From positions 19,055 through 83,054 of IMG/VR virus record IMGVR_UViG_3300043403_000051: a stretch of DNA of 64,000 nt. One strand, given 5' to 3'. Positions 4,463 to 15,806 of this stretch are shown in pieces. The notes below the pieces were generated by a model. That model worked only from the letters and a program-made list of their open reading frames with translations. It was not told the DNA's origin and did not search any database. The position numbers were made by a program, and so were the translations under genes. Position 1 is the stretch's first letter. The number at the start of each line of letters is the position of its first letter. This DNA comes from a virus.

Positions 4463-6471
4463 TGATTACATCAACAGAATTTCTTAGAAATATAAAACAA
4501 ACGCCCCCCAAAGATAGTATTGACTATGAGCAATTTTGGCAAAATGAATTAGCCAAAGTTAAGTATGGTGTAACAATAAACGGAACATATATACACGGAT
4601 GGCTTTATTGGCATAGCAACCTCTGGAATATTTACATGGATGATTTAGACCCTGTAAATAATGAGGTTGTTCGTGTTTTACAGAATCCTGATTTACGTGA
4701 TAATGAATGGATGATTGCAGAAAATTTAAAGTATGCAGAGGATGAGAAAAAAGGTTTATTTATAATCGGTGCAAGACGACTTGGTAAAACTATGTTTATT
4801 GCATCGTATATTGGTAGGTCTGCCACAATATACAAAGGTAGTGACAATATTATTGTAGGAAATAATAAGGATGACATTAACAACATTACTGCTGCTTGTG
4901 ACTTAGGATTAACCAGCATAAATCCATATTTTTACTCACCAAGAGTAGCGGATGACTGGAAAAAACATGTAAGCTTAGGGGTTAAAGAAAAAAGGACAAA
5001 TGTACGTCATATTTTTTCAAACATATATATTAGGAATACAGAAGGGGGTATTAATACAGAAGTTATTGCGGGTCTTACCCCGAAGGCTCTTGTATTTGAT
5101 GAAATTGGAAAAGGCCCTTTTTTAGAGTCATTTAACGCCGCTAAAAAATCTTTTGAATCTCCTTATGGTTGGAGATGTGTTCCTGTTCTGTTGGGGACGG
5201 GAGGTGCCTTTGATAAGGGTGCTGATGCGGAGAAGGTATTCTATGAACCACAGGTGCATAATTTATTGGCTATTGAGTTGAAAGAGGAGCCTGGTAAAAA
5301 AACATCTGTTTTTATAGGTGGTACTTATAGTTTGGAATTTCCAAAAGTAAAACAATCCCTTTCAGATTTTCTATCTGTAGAAAAAGGAACTATCCTTGAT
5401 ACAATAAATATAGGTGTATCAACCCATGAAGAAAATCGTAGAATAATAGAGGAAAAAAGAAAAATAACTGAAAAAAGTTCAGATATAAAAACTCACCTTA
5501 AAGAGATTATGTATCTACCTCTTACACCAAAAGAGGCATTCCTAAAAGATACAGAAAATGATTTCCCTGTTGAAGCTGCTCAAAAACATTTAGAGTATTT
5601 ACTCTCAAATACGGATTCTACAGGAACTGCTGTATCTTTATATAGAGATATTGATGGGTCAATCAAACACTCGTTTGAGAATACTAAAAAACCAATATTC
5701 GATTATCCCGTTGACAAGAATGTAAGTAAGGATGCTCCTATTATGATATATGAGTTTCCTATAAAAAATCCGCCTTACAATCTTTATATTGCGGGGGCTG
5801 ACCCATATAACCAATCAGAATCATCTTGGTCAGCATCGTTGGGAACAGTCTACATCTATAAAAGATTTTACGACCCCCTTGCAGGAACATATCAAAGAAG
5901 GATTGTTGCCTCTTATGCAGCAAGACCTAAAACAATGAAGGAGTGGCATGAGAATGTAGAACTCTTATTAGAGTTTTATAATGCTACGTGTATGCCTGAA
6001 AATGAAGGTGGTACATTTATTCAATATTTTGACCAGAAAAATAAAGGACATTTACTTGCAGATGGCTACAATATGTTAAAGGAAATTAGCCCTAACACAT
6101 CAATTGTTGGTAGGGTAAAAGGATTACCTGCTACACCTAAAGTAAAAGGTTACTGGATGAATCTACTTGTACAGTACACATTGGAAGACATAGTTGTAGG
6201 CCAAGACCCCGTAACAAAGGAACCAATTAAGAAACTTGGCATATATAGAATATCCGACCCTGCTTTATTAAGAGAAATGATTGCATATGATAAAGATGCA
6301 AACGTTGACCGTATCGTTGCGTTTGGTCATGCTTTAGCCTATGATGCATATCTTGAAAAGTATTTTCCTACAGTTGATGTACGACCAGAAAAAGAACAAA
6401 CTAATAAAAAGAACTTTAAAGTAAGAAGCCCTTTTGCTTTAATTAAGTCAAATCCTTTCCGCCTCAAATAA
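4462..6471 (+). CDS. terL: Terminase large subunit
   Basis: Walker A GARRLGKT, Walker B LVFDEIGK, GTGG, nuclease motifs GADPY and NVDRI. Confidence 0.92.
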   Translation: MITSTEFLRNIKQTPPKDSIDYEQFWQNELAKVKYGVTINGTYIHGWLYWHSNLWNIYMDDLDPVNNEVVRVLQNPDLRDNEWMIAENLKYAEDEKKGLFIIGARRLGKTMFIASYIGRSATIYKGSDNIIVGNNKDDINNITAACDLGLTSINPYFYSPRVADDWKKHVSLGVKEKRTNVRHIFSNIYIRNTEGGINTEVIAGLTPKALVFDEIGKGPFLESFNAAKKSFESPYGWRCVPVLLGTGGAFDKGADAEKVFYEPQVHNLLAIELKEEPGKKTSVFIGGTYSLEFPKVKQSLSDFLSVEKGTILDTINIGVSTHEENRRIIEEKRKITEKSSDIKTHLKEIMYLPLTPKEAFLKDTENDFPVEAAQKHLEYLLSNTDSTGTAVSLYRDIDGSIKHSFENTKKPIFDYPVDKNVSKDAPIMIYEFPIKNPPYNLYIAGADPYNQSESSWSASLGTVYIYKRFYDPLAGTYQRRIVASYAARPKTMKEWHENVELLLEFYNATCMPENEGGTFIQYFDQKNKGHLLADGYNMLKEISPNTSIVGRVKGLPATPKVKGYWMNLLVQYTLEDIVVGQDPVTKEPIKKLGIYRISDPALLREMIAYDKDANVDRIVAFGHALAYDAYLEKYFPTVDVRPEKEQTNKKNFKVRSPFALIKSNPFRLK

Positions 6472-6536
6472 CTTATTTTAGTTACTTAATGAGGAATTTT
6501 AACAAAATTCATTTACTTTTACATAAATTCTAATAA

Positions 6537-9212
6537 ATGGCATTATATAACGCTGCTGATAATTTTAATTCTTTAGTTATGCCCCCACAAATGGTATCTC
6601 TTTCTGATAAGATGAAGGATGATAGATTGTGGGGTAAAAAATGTATGGATACTCTTGAACAAGTTGCTTATACACAAATTCAAGGAAACTACAAACTTGT
6701 TGAAAACTATGAGATGGTAAAAGGTCAGTTCATACCAACACATTATTTTGGAGATGAAGGTTACCAAAGTATGTTAACCCAACTATCTTCTGAATTAGAA
6801 CTACCAAATTATCTTAGACACTATGATATTATATCACCTGTATTAAATACATTATCTGGAGAATTTCAAAAAAGACCAGACTTATTTAGAATTAAGGCAT
6901 GGGATGAGAATAATAAAAATGAGTACTTAACTAAGAAAACAGAACTTATAAAAAACTTTATTTCATCTATCATAGAGAAGCAAGTAAACGATAAATTAAT
7001 TGAGCAAGGTATTGATACCAATCAACAATTTCAGAGCCAAGAAGAGGCTGACAAGTACGAAGAATTCAAGAATACCATACGTACTGCACTCACTCCTCCT
7101 GAAATTGAGGAGTATATGACAACTGAGTTTAGAACAGCCGCAGAAATTTGGGCAGAGTGTGTATTAGATATGGATAAGGAAAGATTTTCCTTAGATGAAA
7201 AAGAGAAAGTGGAGTTCGAAGACATGATTATTTCAGATAGATGTTTTCGACATTTTTATATTACAGGTAAAGGTTACGAACAAGAAACATGGAATCCTGT
7301 AAATGTATTCTACCACAAATCTGATGAAACCATATACATCGAAGATGGTGATTATGTGGGTCGTCAATTCTATGGAACTCCCTCGGATATCATTGATAGA
7401 TATGGATTTAGAATGAAAAAGTCTCAAATTGAGATGCTTGAAAAATTTAAAGAAAACAACGATAGACGTTGGAATGAGACACCTGGCTCAGGGTATGTTT
7501 ACCAAAACTACATGTTCCCTTTTAAAGGCTATCAGGGGTGGGATATTGTAAACAAAGGAATGGGGGCAACTGACCCATCATCACCATATGGTATCCCAAA
7601 AATACCTGATAACTTCTTTGATAGCTTTGGTTCAAATATGTATTCAGAGAAACTCGGTATGTTTCTTATTACAGAGGGATATTGGATGTCACAAAAAAAA
7701 ATAGGCTTATACACATACTTTGATGAAGAACTTGGGATAGTAACAAGCACTTTAGTGGATGAAAATGTTATTCTCCCTGATGATATTATAGTTATAGATG
7801 AAATTGAAGAAGGTAGTGAGGAAGAAAATATTAATACAATTGCTTGGACATATGTAAATGAAGTTTGGCAAGGTGTTAAAATAAATGTAAGAAACGCTGA
7901 TGTGACAGATGAGCATAATACGGACGCAATCTATTTAGACTTACAACCGTTGTCTTTTCAATTTAAAGGTGATATAAATCCCTATAATGCTAAACTACCC
8001 GTGTGTGGACAAATATTTAGTGTAAGGAATTCTAAATCTGCATCTCTTGTTGATTTAATGAAACCTTACCAGATTGGTTTTAATGTAGCAATGAATCAAG
8101 TCTATCAAATGATGGAGAAAGAAATTGGTGCATTTATGGTAATGGATGTGAATATGTTTCCTGATAGTAAAGATTGGGGTGGAGAAGATGCTTGGGAGAA
8201 ATGGATGCTTATTGCCAAAAACTTAGGTATGCTTCCCGCAGATACATCACCCGCAAATACAAAAGGGGCAAGTGCCGCAGCAGGTGGTCAATTTCCAAAA
8301 ATTCTTAATCTTGACTTAGCTGCTCAATTTACATCAAGAATAAATTTAGCACAAATCTTTAAAAAGTTTGCTTTAGAGCAAATAGGATTTAACGATTATC
8401 GTCTTGGTAATTTTAATCAAAGTTCTACAGCTACGGGTATTGAAGAAGGGCAACAACGTTCTTTTGCACAAACAGAGAGTTACTTTACAAATTTTTATAA
8501 TTATTTAAAAAGATGTAAAAGAATGAATTTAGATATTGCACAGTTTGTTCAAGCTAAAGATGCTGATATAACTTTTAATTATGTTAAATCAGATTTATCT
8601 ACGGCATATATAAAAATAGCAGGAACCGATTTAATGGGTTCTGACCTACATGTATTTGTTACAAACTCTCAAGAGCATCTAAGACAATTAGAGGCAAGCA
8701 GACAACTTGGTTTACAGAACACAACACAAATGACAGAAGACAACCTTCTTGAACTTATTACATCAAACTCTTTATCATCTATTAAAAAGAAAATTAAAGA
8801 TGGTGTTAAGAAAAGACAAGAGAAAGAGCAACAAGCTTTAGATATGCAGCAACAACAAACAGAAGCAATGAAGGAAGTTGAGACAATGAAACAACAAAAA
8901 GAAGATGAACGTCTTGAAAAGAAACTTGCTTCAGCAGAGTATATTGCACAAATTCAACTTGAAGCTGCAAATGGTGGGGATATCCCTGATTCCATAAATA
9001 TGCAAAATCAGTTAAAGAACCAAGAAATGACAAATAGACAATCTTCTGAATCAACTAAAAATCAGATTGCTAATCAACAACGTATTGATAATAGGCAACT
9101 CAAAGAAAAAGAACTTGCTTTAAAAAATAAGAAAATTGACACAGATTTAGAGATTCAAAATAAAGAACTTGAAAGTGTAAAAATATTAAAAGATAAGACA
9201 GATAAAAAATAA
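6537..9212 (+). CDS. Portal protein (crAss-like)
   Basis: 891 aa after terL; HYDIISP..L.GE and SLVDLMKPYQ..FN motifs; coiled-coil C terminus. Confidence 0.85.
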   Translation: MALYNAADNFNSLVMPPQMVSLSDKMKDDRLWGKKCMDTLEQVAYTQIQGNYKLVENYEMVKGQFIPTHYFGDEGYQSMLTQLSSELELPNYLRHYDIISPVLNTLSGEFQKRPDLFRIKAWDENNKNEYLTKKTELIKNFISSIIEKQVNDKLIEQGIDTNQQFQSQEEADKYEEFKNTIRTALTPPEIEEYMTTEFRTAAEIWAECVLDMDKERFSLDEKEKVEFEDMIISDRCFRHFYITGKGYEQETWNPVNVFYHKSDETIYIEDGDYVGRQFYGTPSDIIDRYGFRMKKSQIEMLEKFKENNDRRWNETPGSGYVYQNYMFPFKGYQGWDIVNKGMGATDPSSPYGIPKIPDNFFDSFGSNMYSEKLGMFLITEGYWMSQKKIGLYTYFDEELGIVTSTLVDENVILPDDIIVIDEIEEGSEEENINTIAWTYVNEVWQGVKINVRNADVTDEHNTDAIYLDLQPLSFQFKGDINPYNAKLPVCGQIFSVRNSKSASLVDLMKPYQIGFNVAMNQVYQMMEKEIGAFMVMDVNMFPDSKDWGGEDAWEKWMLIAKNLGMLPADTSPANTKGASAAAGGQFPKILNLDLAAQFTSRINLAQIFKKFALEQIGFNDYRLGNFNQSSTATGIEEGQQRSFAQTESYFTNFYNYLKRCKRMNLDIAQFVQAKDADITFNYVKSDLSTAYIKIAGTDLMGSDLHVFVTNSQEHLRQLEASRQLGLQNTTQMTEDNLLELITSNSLSSIKKKIKDGVKKRQEKEQQALDMQQQQTEAMKEVETMKQQKEDERLEKKLASAEYIAQIQLEAANGGDIPDSINMQNQLKNQEMTNRQSSESTKNQIANQQRIDNRQLKEKELALKNKKIDTDLEIQNKELESVKILKDKTDKK

Positions 9213-9287
9213 TGCTATAGAAGTCAAAAAAAATTTAACAGTTTTTTTAATTCAAAATAATTACATAACTTTACAAAACAACCAATA

Positions 9288-10496
9288 ATGGATTTTCAAT
9301 CACAAATTGCAACAATCTCACAAGAACAACTCGACAGTCTATTTAACGATACTCCAGAAACAACAGTAACGGTAAATAACTTAGAGGCAACAACTAATCC
9401 TAATGTCCGTGATGAGGATAAAAAGGAAGTATCACCAAGAATAAATATGTCAGACAGAATTGATTTTGTTGACACCGATACAATAGATGTTGATGAGGAG
9501 GAAGAAAAAGAAGAAAAAATAGAGACTCCTATTATAGAGGAGGAGCCAAAACCCAAAAAAGATAAAAAACCAAAACCCGAAGAAGAGGAAATTCCTCCTG
9601 TAACTTCTGATGATGCTAAAGCCATTCTTAAAAATACAGTAGACTTTTTAATTCAATCTGGTAATTGGTCTGATTTTGAAGGACGAGAAGATATGGAGTT
9701 TGATGATGACTCCTTTGGAAAATTAGCACTTGCCCAAGACCAATCAAGAGTTCAAAGTATGTTTAGTGAGCTTCTTGATGAAACAGGTGAATACGGTAAA
9801 GCTATTATATCACATATTAAAAATGGTGGAAATCCAGATGAAGTAATTGATATTTTCAAAGAACAAAAACAACTTGCCACAATAGACACTAATACTTTTG
9901 AAGGACGTGTTGAAAAAATAGAGGCATATTACACTGATGTAATAGGTTGGAAACCAGAAAAGATTAAAAGATATCTTGAAAGAATATCCCAAGACCAAGA
10001 TGAATTCGATACAGAATTTACAGAGGTTGAGGAAAAATATAATGAGTATTATCAGGAAAAGCTTGATGAGATTAATGAAAGAACAAATACTCAGAAAAAA
10101 GAACAAGAGCAAAAAAAACAACAATTTGTTTCTAATATAAAAAATGTTTTAGAAGCAAGAACAGATTTAACTAAAAAAGACCAAGGTCTAATAGAATCTG
10201 CTCTATTTAACTATAAATATAAACTACCTAATGGTCAGCAAGTAAACGAATTTTTTGTAAAATTTGCAGAACTTCAAAAAGACCCACAAGCTTACGTAGA
10301 CTTAGTACTTTACGTAATGGATAAAAAAAGAGTAGTTGAAAAACAAAACCAAACTATTGCAAAAAAAGAATCTATAAAACAATTCAATTTTGTAAAAGGA
10401 AACACCGCAGTTAAGAAAAAAACTACAGGTGGGATAGTTAAAGAGATAGATGATTCTAAGATAAATCGGACAGATTTTTCATCGCTATTTAAATAA
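9288..10496 (+). CDS. Acidic scaffold-like head assembly protein
   Basis: Acidic low-complexity N terminus and coiled coil, between portal and capsid. Confidence 0.6.
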   Translation: MDFQSQIATISQEQLDSLFNDTPETTVTVNNLEATTNPNVRDEDKKEVSPRINMSDRIDFVDTDTIDVDEEEEKEEKIETPIIEEEPKPKKDKKPKPEEEEIPPVTSDDAKAILKNTVDFLIQSGNWSDFEGREDMEFDDDSFGKLALAQDQSRVQSMFSELLDETGEYGKAIISHIKNGGNPDEVIDIFKEQKQLATIDTNTFEGRVEKIEAYYTDVIGWKPEKIKRYLERISQDQDEFDTEFTEVEEKYNEYYQEKLDEINERTNTQKKEQEQKKQQFVSNIKNVLEARTDLTKKDQGLIESALFNYKYKLPNGQQVNEFFVKFAELQKDPQAYVDLVLYVMDKKRVVEKQNQTIAKKESIKQFNFVKGNTAVKKKTTGGIVKEIDDSKINRTDFSSLFK

Positions 10497-10505
10497 TAAA
10501 ATAAA

Positions 10506-12182
10506 ATGACAGATTTCAAAGTACCAAGTTTGAATCAACTGAATAACGGAGTAGTTATTGGTCAATCTCGTTTTGACCCCCGTAAGTTTACAGATTTAAA
10601 CTTCCTTTACACAAACTATTCCAAAGATGCCTTTACAGTATATAAGGGTCTTCTTGCATTGTGGAATCAAAGGAGCATAATTAATACTCCATTGATTAAT
10701 AGCACATTGCTAAAAAACAACGTAATGTATGTTCCTAATCAGGAAGGTAAGTTCCGTTTTGATGTTCCTTATGAATTGGGACTTCCTTATATTGTAGAAA
10801 ATCTTGAGGTTGATACAGACAAGCCTGGTCTTGATGGTCAAAAATTCAAAATTAAACTTAATGAAGATTGTTATACTAACACTGACCGTTTGATTGCAGA
10901 CTATCGTGATGGTATTGAACTTTATATTACGGAAGATGAAATCATTCAAGAAGCTGATGGATTTGTATATACAGTAGAAATTGTAAGTAACAATCGTAGA
11001 GGTACTTTCTATCCTAAAGAATGGTTAGAGCCTGGTACACAATACATGAAACTTTCTAATATCAATGGTGAATATGATACACAAAAATCATCTATTTCAT
11101 CAGAAGGTCTTCGTACTGGTATTATGAATCTTGAAATGGAACTTGGTGGTGGTCACCGTTCCGTAACTCACTGGATTACTGGTTATGCTGATATGGCTCG
11201 TGTTGATGAAAACAAACACCCTAACTTAGCGTTTATTAACCAACGTCTTGAGAGCATGGGTTCAACAATGCTTTACTACAATACTAATCCTAAAACAGGA
11301 GCACCTCTTGCTAAAACTACTACATGGCAACCAACTGTGGAAGTATTGCTTCGTGCAGAGATGGAGATGATGACTGAAAAGGACTTAATGTGGTCTAAAG
11401 GTGGTTTTATTACAGGTTCTGGTAGAAGACAAACTCGTGTAGGCCCTGGTCTTTATGAGCAACTTCGTAATGGTAACCGTTATCAATATAATAAGATTAG
11501 TCTTACCCTTATTGAGCGTGCTGTAGCCAATCTATTCTCTAAGTCAGGTATTCCTCTTGACCAACGTCGTACAAAGATTGTAACTGGTACAGGTGGTCTT
11601 ATTCAAGTTTCGAAAGAAATTGAAGAAAAATACAAACAAGTAGTTCCATTTATGACTCAGGTTTCTGATGTTCCTGGTGGAGTACTTTATGGTGACCAAA
11701 TGAATCTTGGTTATAAGTATCGTTTTACAAAATTCTTCTCTCCAATTGCGGGTGAAATCGAATTCGAAATCAACCCTGCTCTTGATAACCTTAGTTCTAA
11801 TCGTGTACAAGATAACTTCAACGGAGAATATCCTATTGAGTCTTTCACATATATGATTCTTGACGTTACTGATAGTCGTTCTACAAATGCTGCGGCAAGA
11901 GTAAATACAACTAAGTATCGTGTACAAGACGGATTTAATTCAGACGCTAATATCGTTTTAGTTAAACCTGAAAACTACGGTGATTTATATTGGGGTTATA
12001 TTGCAGGTACTCACCACCCACTTGGGCCTTCTTACATGAAGGGAATGATGTCTGCTAACCAGTATGATGGTTATCAAATTTGGATGAAAGCGTTTGCAAA
12101 TCTTTGGGTTAAAGACGTAACACGTACACTACTTATTGAGAAAGCTCGTCCGTTCTATAATGGATTATTTGCTCAACAATAA
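10506..12182 (+). CDS. Major capsid protein
   Basis: 558 aa in crAss-like position; RVGPGLYEQL and VTGTGG motifs; biased codon use (CGT, GGT) suggests high expression. Confidence 0.85.
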   Translation: MTDFKVPSLNQLNNGVVIGQSRFDPRKFTDLNFLYTNYSKDAFTVYKGLLALWNQRSIINTPLINSTLLKNNVMYVPNQEGKFRFDVPYELGLPYIVENLEVDTDKPGLDGQKFKIKLNEDCYTNTDRLIADYRDGIELYITEDEIIQEADGFVYTVEIVSNNRRGTFYPKEWLEPGTQYMKLSNINGEYDTQKSSISSEGLRTGIMNLEMELGGGHRSVTHWITGYADMARVDENKHPNLAFINQRLESMGSTMLYYNTNPKTGAPLAKTTTWQPTVEVLLRAEMEMMTEKDLMWSKGGFITGSGRRQTRVGPGLYEQLRNGNRYQYNKISLTLIERAVANLFSKSGIPLDQRRTKIVTGTGGLIQVSKEIEEKYKQVVPFMTQVSDVPGGVLYGDQMNLGYKYRFTKFFSPIAGEIEFEINPALDNLSSNRVQDNFNGEYPIESFTYMILDVTDSRSTNAAARVNTTKYRVQDGFNSDANIVLVKPENYGDLYWGYIAGTHHPLGPSYMKGMMSANQYDGYQIWMKAFANLWVKDVTRTLLIEKARPFYNGLFAQQ

Positions 12183-12252
12183 TAGAAATACTAAGTTGGG
12201 TGACCAATAACTTTAAGCACAATATTTTTTAGAACAACAACAACAAAATAAT

Positions 12253-13140
12253 ATGATTGCAGAAAAAGTAATAATAAGACAGATATCTGATAAAAATGCT
12301 GAACTAACAGGTTTAGCAAAGTATAAAAGAAGTAAAATGCCTGGAACATCTGATTGGCTACAAGTAGCAGAAGGTTTAGATGGTAGGTATATTACAGGTA
12401 TTGATGAAGATTCTTACGAAATTAATTTAATTACTGACCCTTTAGAAAAAGAAAATAAACGTAATGAAATTAAACAACTTCGTGAATATCTTGAATCAAG
12501 AACAGGTAAAGACTTAAAAGCAAATAGTTCTTTTTGGGAAGAGTTTGGAGTTAGAATACAAGCTGATGAAGATTTGATTTTAAATAAATCAAACCCTATG
12601 CATCAAATTGTATATCATCTCCTTCTTGCAAATAAGTATGCGGCTCCTTCTGAAGAAGCGGCAGGTGACCCAAGATTTTTAGCTTGTAAGTATTATACCC
12701 ACGTAGCAAGTTCTATTACAAAACAAAGTGTTTCATTAAGAAAACTAAGAGATAAAGCAACTAAGAAACTTATAGAAATTTCTGAAAAAGGAAAAGAATA
12801 TATGGTTCTTATCGGACAATATCTTGATGGTAAAAAATTCCATAGTAAACTTAGTGAAGATGATTTGTATGAAATGTTTTCATCATTATATATTGATAGT
12901 AAAGATGAATCTGATATAAACAGATTTATAAAAGCTACTGATAAATCAATTGAAGAAATTCAATTTAAAATAGTAATTGATAAAGCTGTAAGAAGTAAAA
13001 TCATTAAATATGTAAATGGCTACTATCAAAGAGGTCAAGTAACAATTGGAAAGACTCTTGATAACGTATATAACAATTTACAATCACCTGAATTTGCTAC
13101 AGAATTTTTATCAATTAAAGAAGAGATTGAGACTAACTAA
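12253..13140 (+). CDS. Conserved crAss-like protein following the major capsid gene
   Basis: Synteny; FWEEFGVRI...LNKSNPMH and C-terminal IGKTL..V...L..PE. Confidence 0.55.
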   Translation: MIAEKVIIRQISDKNAELTGLAKYKRSKMPGTSDWLQVAEGLDGRYITGIDEDSYEINLITDPLEKENKRNEIKQLREYLESRTGKDLKANSSFWEEFGVRIQADEDLILNKSNPMHQIVYHLLLANKYAAPSEEAAGDPRFLACKYYTHVASSITKQSVSLRKLRDKATKKLIEISEKGKEYMVLIGQYLDGKKFHSKLSEDDLYEMFSSLYIDSKDESDINRFIKATDKSIEEIQFKIVIDKAVRSKIIKYVNGYYQRGQVTIGKTLDNVYNNLQSPEFATEFLSIKEEIETN

Positions 13141-13802
13141 TGACATCACTTGAAGTATATAAAAGATTTCTTTTAAAGCTTAATAAAAATGATACAAACA
13201 CTCGAATAAATATATCAAAAGGTGAATTTGTATTAGTTTTTAATGAGCAAAAAAGAATTTGGTTGAATGATGTATTGGATGAGCCATACTCATTTAAATC
13301 TCAAAATATATTATCTGACTTATATGTTCCTGATGTAGAAATTGAAAAAATAGAAGAACTAAAAGATAAAGACATTTTTAAAGTTCCTGAAAATTTTGAA
13401 GAACTAACATCGTCTTACTCAATAGCTAAACGTAGAGAGTGTATAAGAAAATTATACAACTTTCCAAAAAATCCTCGAAATAGAAATACTGTTCAACAAA
13501 ATACTAATGATAATCCATCATTTGATTTTGAAGAAACATTCACAGAGGAGTCAAAGAAAAAATTAATTGTTTACAAAACAGATTTTTCAATTGACAAACA
13601 ACTAATTAGTTATTATAGAGAACCTATTGATATTGATATAGAGGGATATATAACGATAAGTGGTGAAAAATCTAAAACAATAAATCCTGATATAAAAGAT
13701 GCATCCATAGATGATATATTAAACAGGTGTATTGTAGAAGTATCAATTAATTACGAAAATGCTGAGCAAGCACAAATGTCAGCACAAAGAATACAAAAAT
13801 AA
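13140..13802 (+). CDS. Head-tail ring/adaptor protein
   Basis: Synteny; FNEQ and YYREP motifs. Confidence 0.55.
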   Translation: MTSLEVYKRFLLKLNKNDTNTRINISKGEFVLVFNEQKRIWLNDVLDEPYSFKSQNILSDLYVPDVEIEKIEELKDKDIFKVPENFEELTSSYSIAKRRECIRKLYNFPKNPRNRNTVQQNTNDNPSFDFEETFTEESKKKLIVYKTDFSIDKQLISYYREPIDIDIEGYITISGEKSKTINPDIKDASIDDILNRCIVEVSINYENAEQAQMSAQRIQK

Positions 13803-13833
13803 TTTTTAAAAACAATAAACTAAAATTTTCAAA

Positions 13834-15732
13834 ATGGGTTTAAATCAATCGTTTAGGCAAGTATTTGTTGCAAACAATACAGCCTTACTCGCGCAAGGTA
13901 AAACCGTGGAGACTATTGCTGTTGGACAACTTGGTATCCTTGATATCAGTACGTACAAGGCAGTAACCGCTCCCACTTACGCGACAACAAAAGCCTTACA
14001 ATTCGTATGGGGTACTCCTAACATCGAAGGCAGAATGAGTCTTATGTCGGGTGTGCCGAATGAGAACATCTACTCTAAACCAATTAAGGGTAGAAAAATT
14101 AAAAACTTTAGAGGTAAAGCCGCAAAACGTGGTAGAACTCAAATAGTTGTAGTTGGTAATAGTGGAGATGTTACAGACACAGACACATTATTTGCTTATC
14201 CTGGTGATGTACGTCACGTATTTCTTAATTTATCTGGTGCACCAATTGACAAGTTTTATACAAGACAAGGTCTAATGCGTCAATATTCTTATGAAGTTCC
14301 GTATACAGCAGAATGTGCAGATGATTGCGCAACTGTAAGCTGTGAAGGTATTGTTGATAATATCGTTGCACAAATCAATAGCGACCCACAAGTAAATCGT
14401 TTCGTTAAAGCATCTGTTATTAAAAGTTGCGCGCCAACTGGTGATACAGAAGATTGCTACAGATTCGAGGCACGTCTTTGTGATACTCGTGATGATAATG
14501 CATTAGGTATAGTTCAAGCACAATATCCTGACTTTACAGTTACTCGTATTGGAGTAGAAGGAGCCGTATCAGTTTATCAGATTATAAAAGATACAGATAC
14601 TCTTCCAACAGCAATTTCTAATGAAGGATTTGTAGTAATTCCAAACTGTTCTGTTTGTCCTACAGGTTATACTAAAGAAACTGGTGGTTTTGTTTATGCT
14701 GTTGTAGCAGAAGATGCTAATGCTAATATTTCTGCAACGATTGTTTCAAAAGTTAATACTGCTAATGCTTTAGCCGCTGCATATGCAGTGAAAGTATCTA
14801 ATGATAATTACATTGTAGTTTCACAAGTTGAATTTAGTATTGCTGCACTCGAAGCTGCTATTGAAGCCTCATCAGGCCCAGCAGTATCATCGGTAACATT
14901 TAAATATGAAACAAATAGAGACCTTTGTGTATTAACCTCTGCAACAACAAGTGCATGGGTAGAAGTAGAAACTTTGTTAAAGTATGCAAAAGTATTCAGA
15001 CTTACAGTAGCTGACACAGTTTGTGGTACAACAAGACTTGCTGATATTCAAGCAGCATATCCCGACCTAACTGTTAGTCTTGTAGATGCTGATGGAGACT
15101 GTGTTCACACATATGAAACTACAGTTTATTCACAATGCGTATCAGAAGGTTGTTCGTATAGCCAACTTGTATTCCCTAAACTTGACACATTTGAGCAAGT
15201 TCGTTGGATAGAAGTTCCTACTACACCTACCAATGGTTGTCTATGTGGTATTAAAATTGAAACAGCATTTGTAAATAGAATTACTAATGAATGTACTTTT
15301 GACCACTTCACTTATGAGGCTGACCCTGTACATATCACTGTTTCATGTTTTGACCCGAACTATAATAATTTACCATCAAGACAAGAATGGAATGTTAAAC
15401 AAATTCAAAGTATCCAATACCCTGCTGGACATGGTGTTGAAATTCGTAAACATGAGCAAGTATCTAAAAGCTACAATCTCAGAGAACGTTCTTTCAATCC
15501 TGTTGTAAGAGAGATTGAAGGATATGAATTTATAACAGACCCAAATAAGTTCTATGATGAGTATGTTATAGAGTTTGATTTTGATTACAAAACTGGTGGA
15601 TGGAGTGAAAAATATACAGATAGTTATCATGCGTTCTTCTACTTCCCAGAAGGAATGGGTAAAACGTTTGAGACAGCTATCAACGACTATATTGTTAGTG
15701 CTAACTTACCAATTGACCCTGTTGTTCTTTAA
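13834..15732 (+). CDS. Cys-rich virion structural protein (auxiliary capsid-like)
   Basis: 632 aa, beta-rich, high-expression codon use, followed by a strong terminator. Confidence 0.55.
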   Translation: MGLNQSFRQVFVANNTALLAQGKTVETIAVGQLGILDISTYKAVTAPTYATTKALQFVWGTPNIEGRMSLMSGVPNENIYSKPIKGRKIKNFRGKAAKRGRTQIVVVGNSGDVTDTDTLFAYPGDVRHVFLNLSGAPIDKFYTRQGLMRQYSYEVPYTAECADDCATVSCEGIVDNIVAQINSDPQVNRFVKASVIKSCAPTGDTEDCYRFEARLCDTRDDNALGIVQAQYPDFTVTRIGVEGAVSVYQIIKDTDTLPTAISNEGFVVIPNCSVCPTGYTKETGGFVYAVVAEDANANISATIVSKVNTANALAAAYAVKVSNDNYIVVSQVEFSIAALEAAIEASSGPAVSSVTFKYETNRDLCVLTSATTSAWVEVETLLKYAKVFRLTVADTVCGTTRLADIQAAYPDLTVSLVDADGDCVHTYETTVYSQCVSEGCSYSQLVFPKLDTFEQVRWIEVPTTPTNGCLCGIKIETAFVNRITNECTFDHFTYEADPVHITVSCFDPNYNNLPSRQEWNVKQIQSIQYPAGHGVEIRKHEQVSKSYNLRERSFNPVVREIEGYEFITDPNKFYDEYVIEFDFDYKTGGWSEKYTDSYHAFFYFPEGMGKTFETAINDYIVSANLPIDPVVL

Positions 15733-15747
15733 TATAAAATCCTAAAC

Positions 15748-15792
15748 AAAAAAAAAGGGTAAGTAAGTTTAATACTTACTTACCCTTTTTTT
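15748..15792 (+). terminator. Intrinsic terminator
   Basis: AAAAAAAGGGTAAGTAAGT-TTAAT-ACTTACTTACCCTTTTTTT. Confidence 0.9.
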
Positions 15793-15806
15793 AATATACA
15801 TATATC

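Noticed and set aside
4462-12182. Introns or inteins in terminase, portal or capsid genes
   Set aside because: Frames are continuous, sizes are ordinary and no intein or LAGLIDADG motifs were seen.
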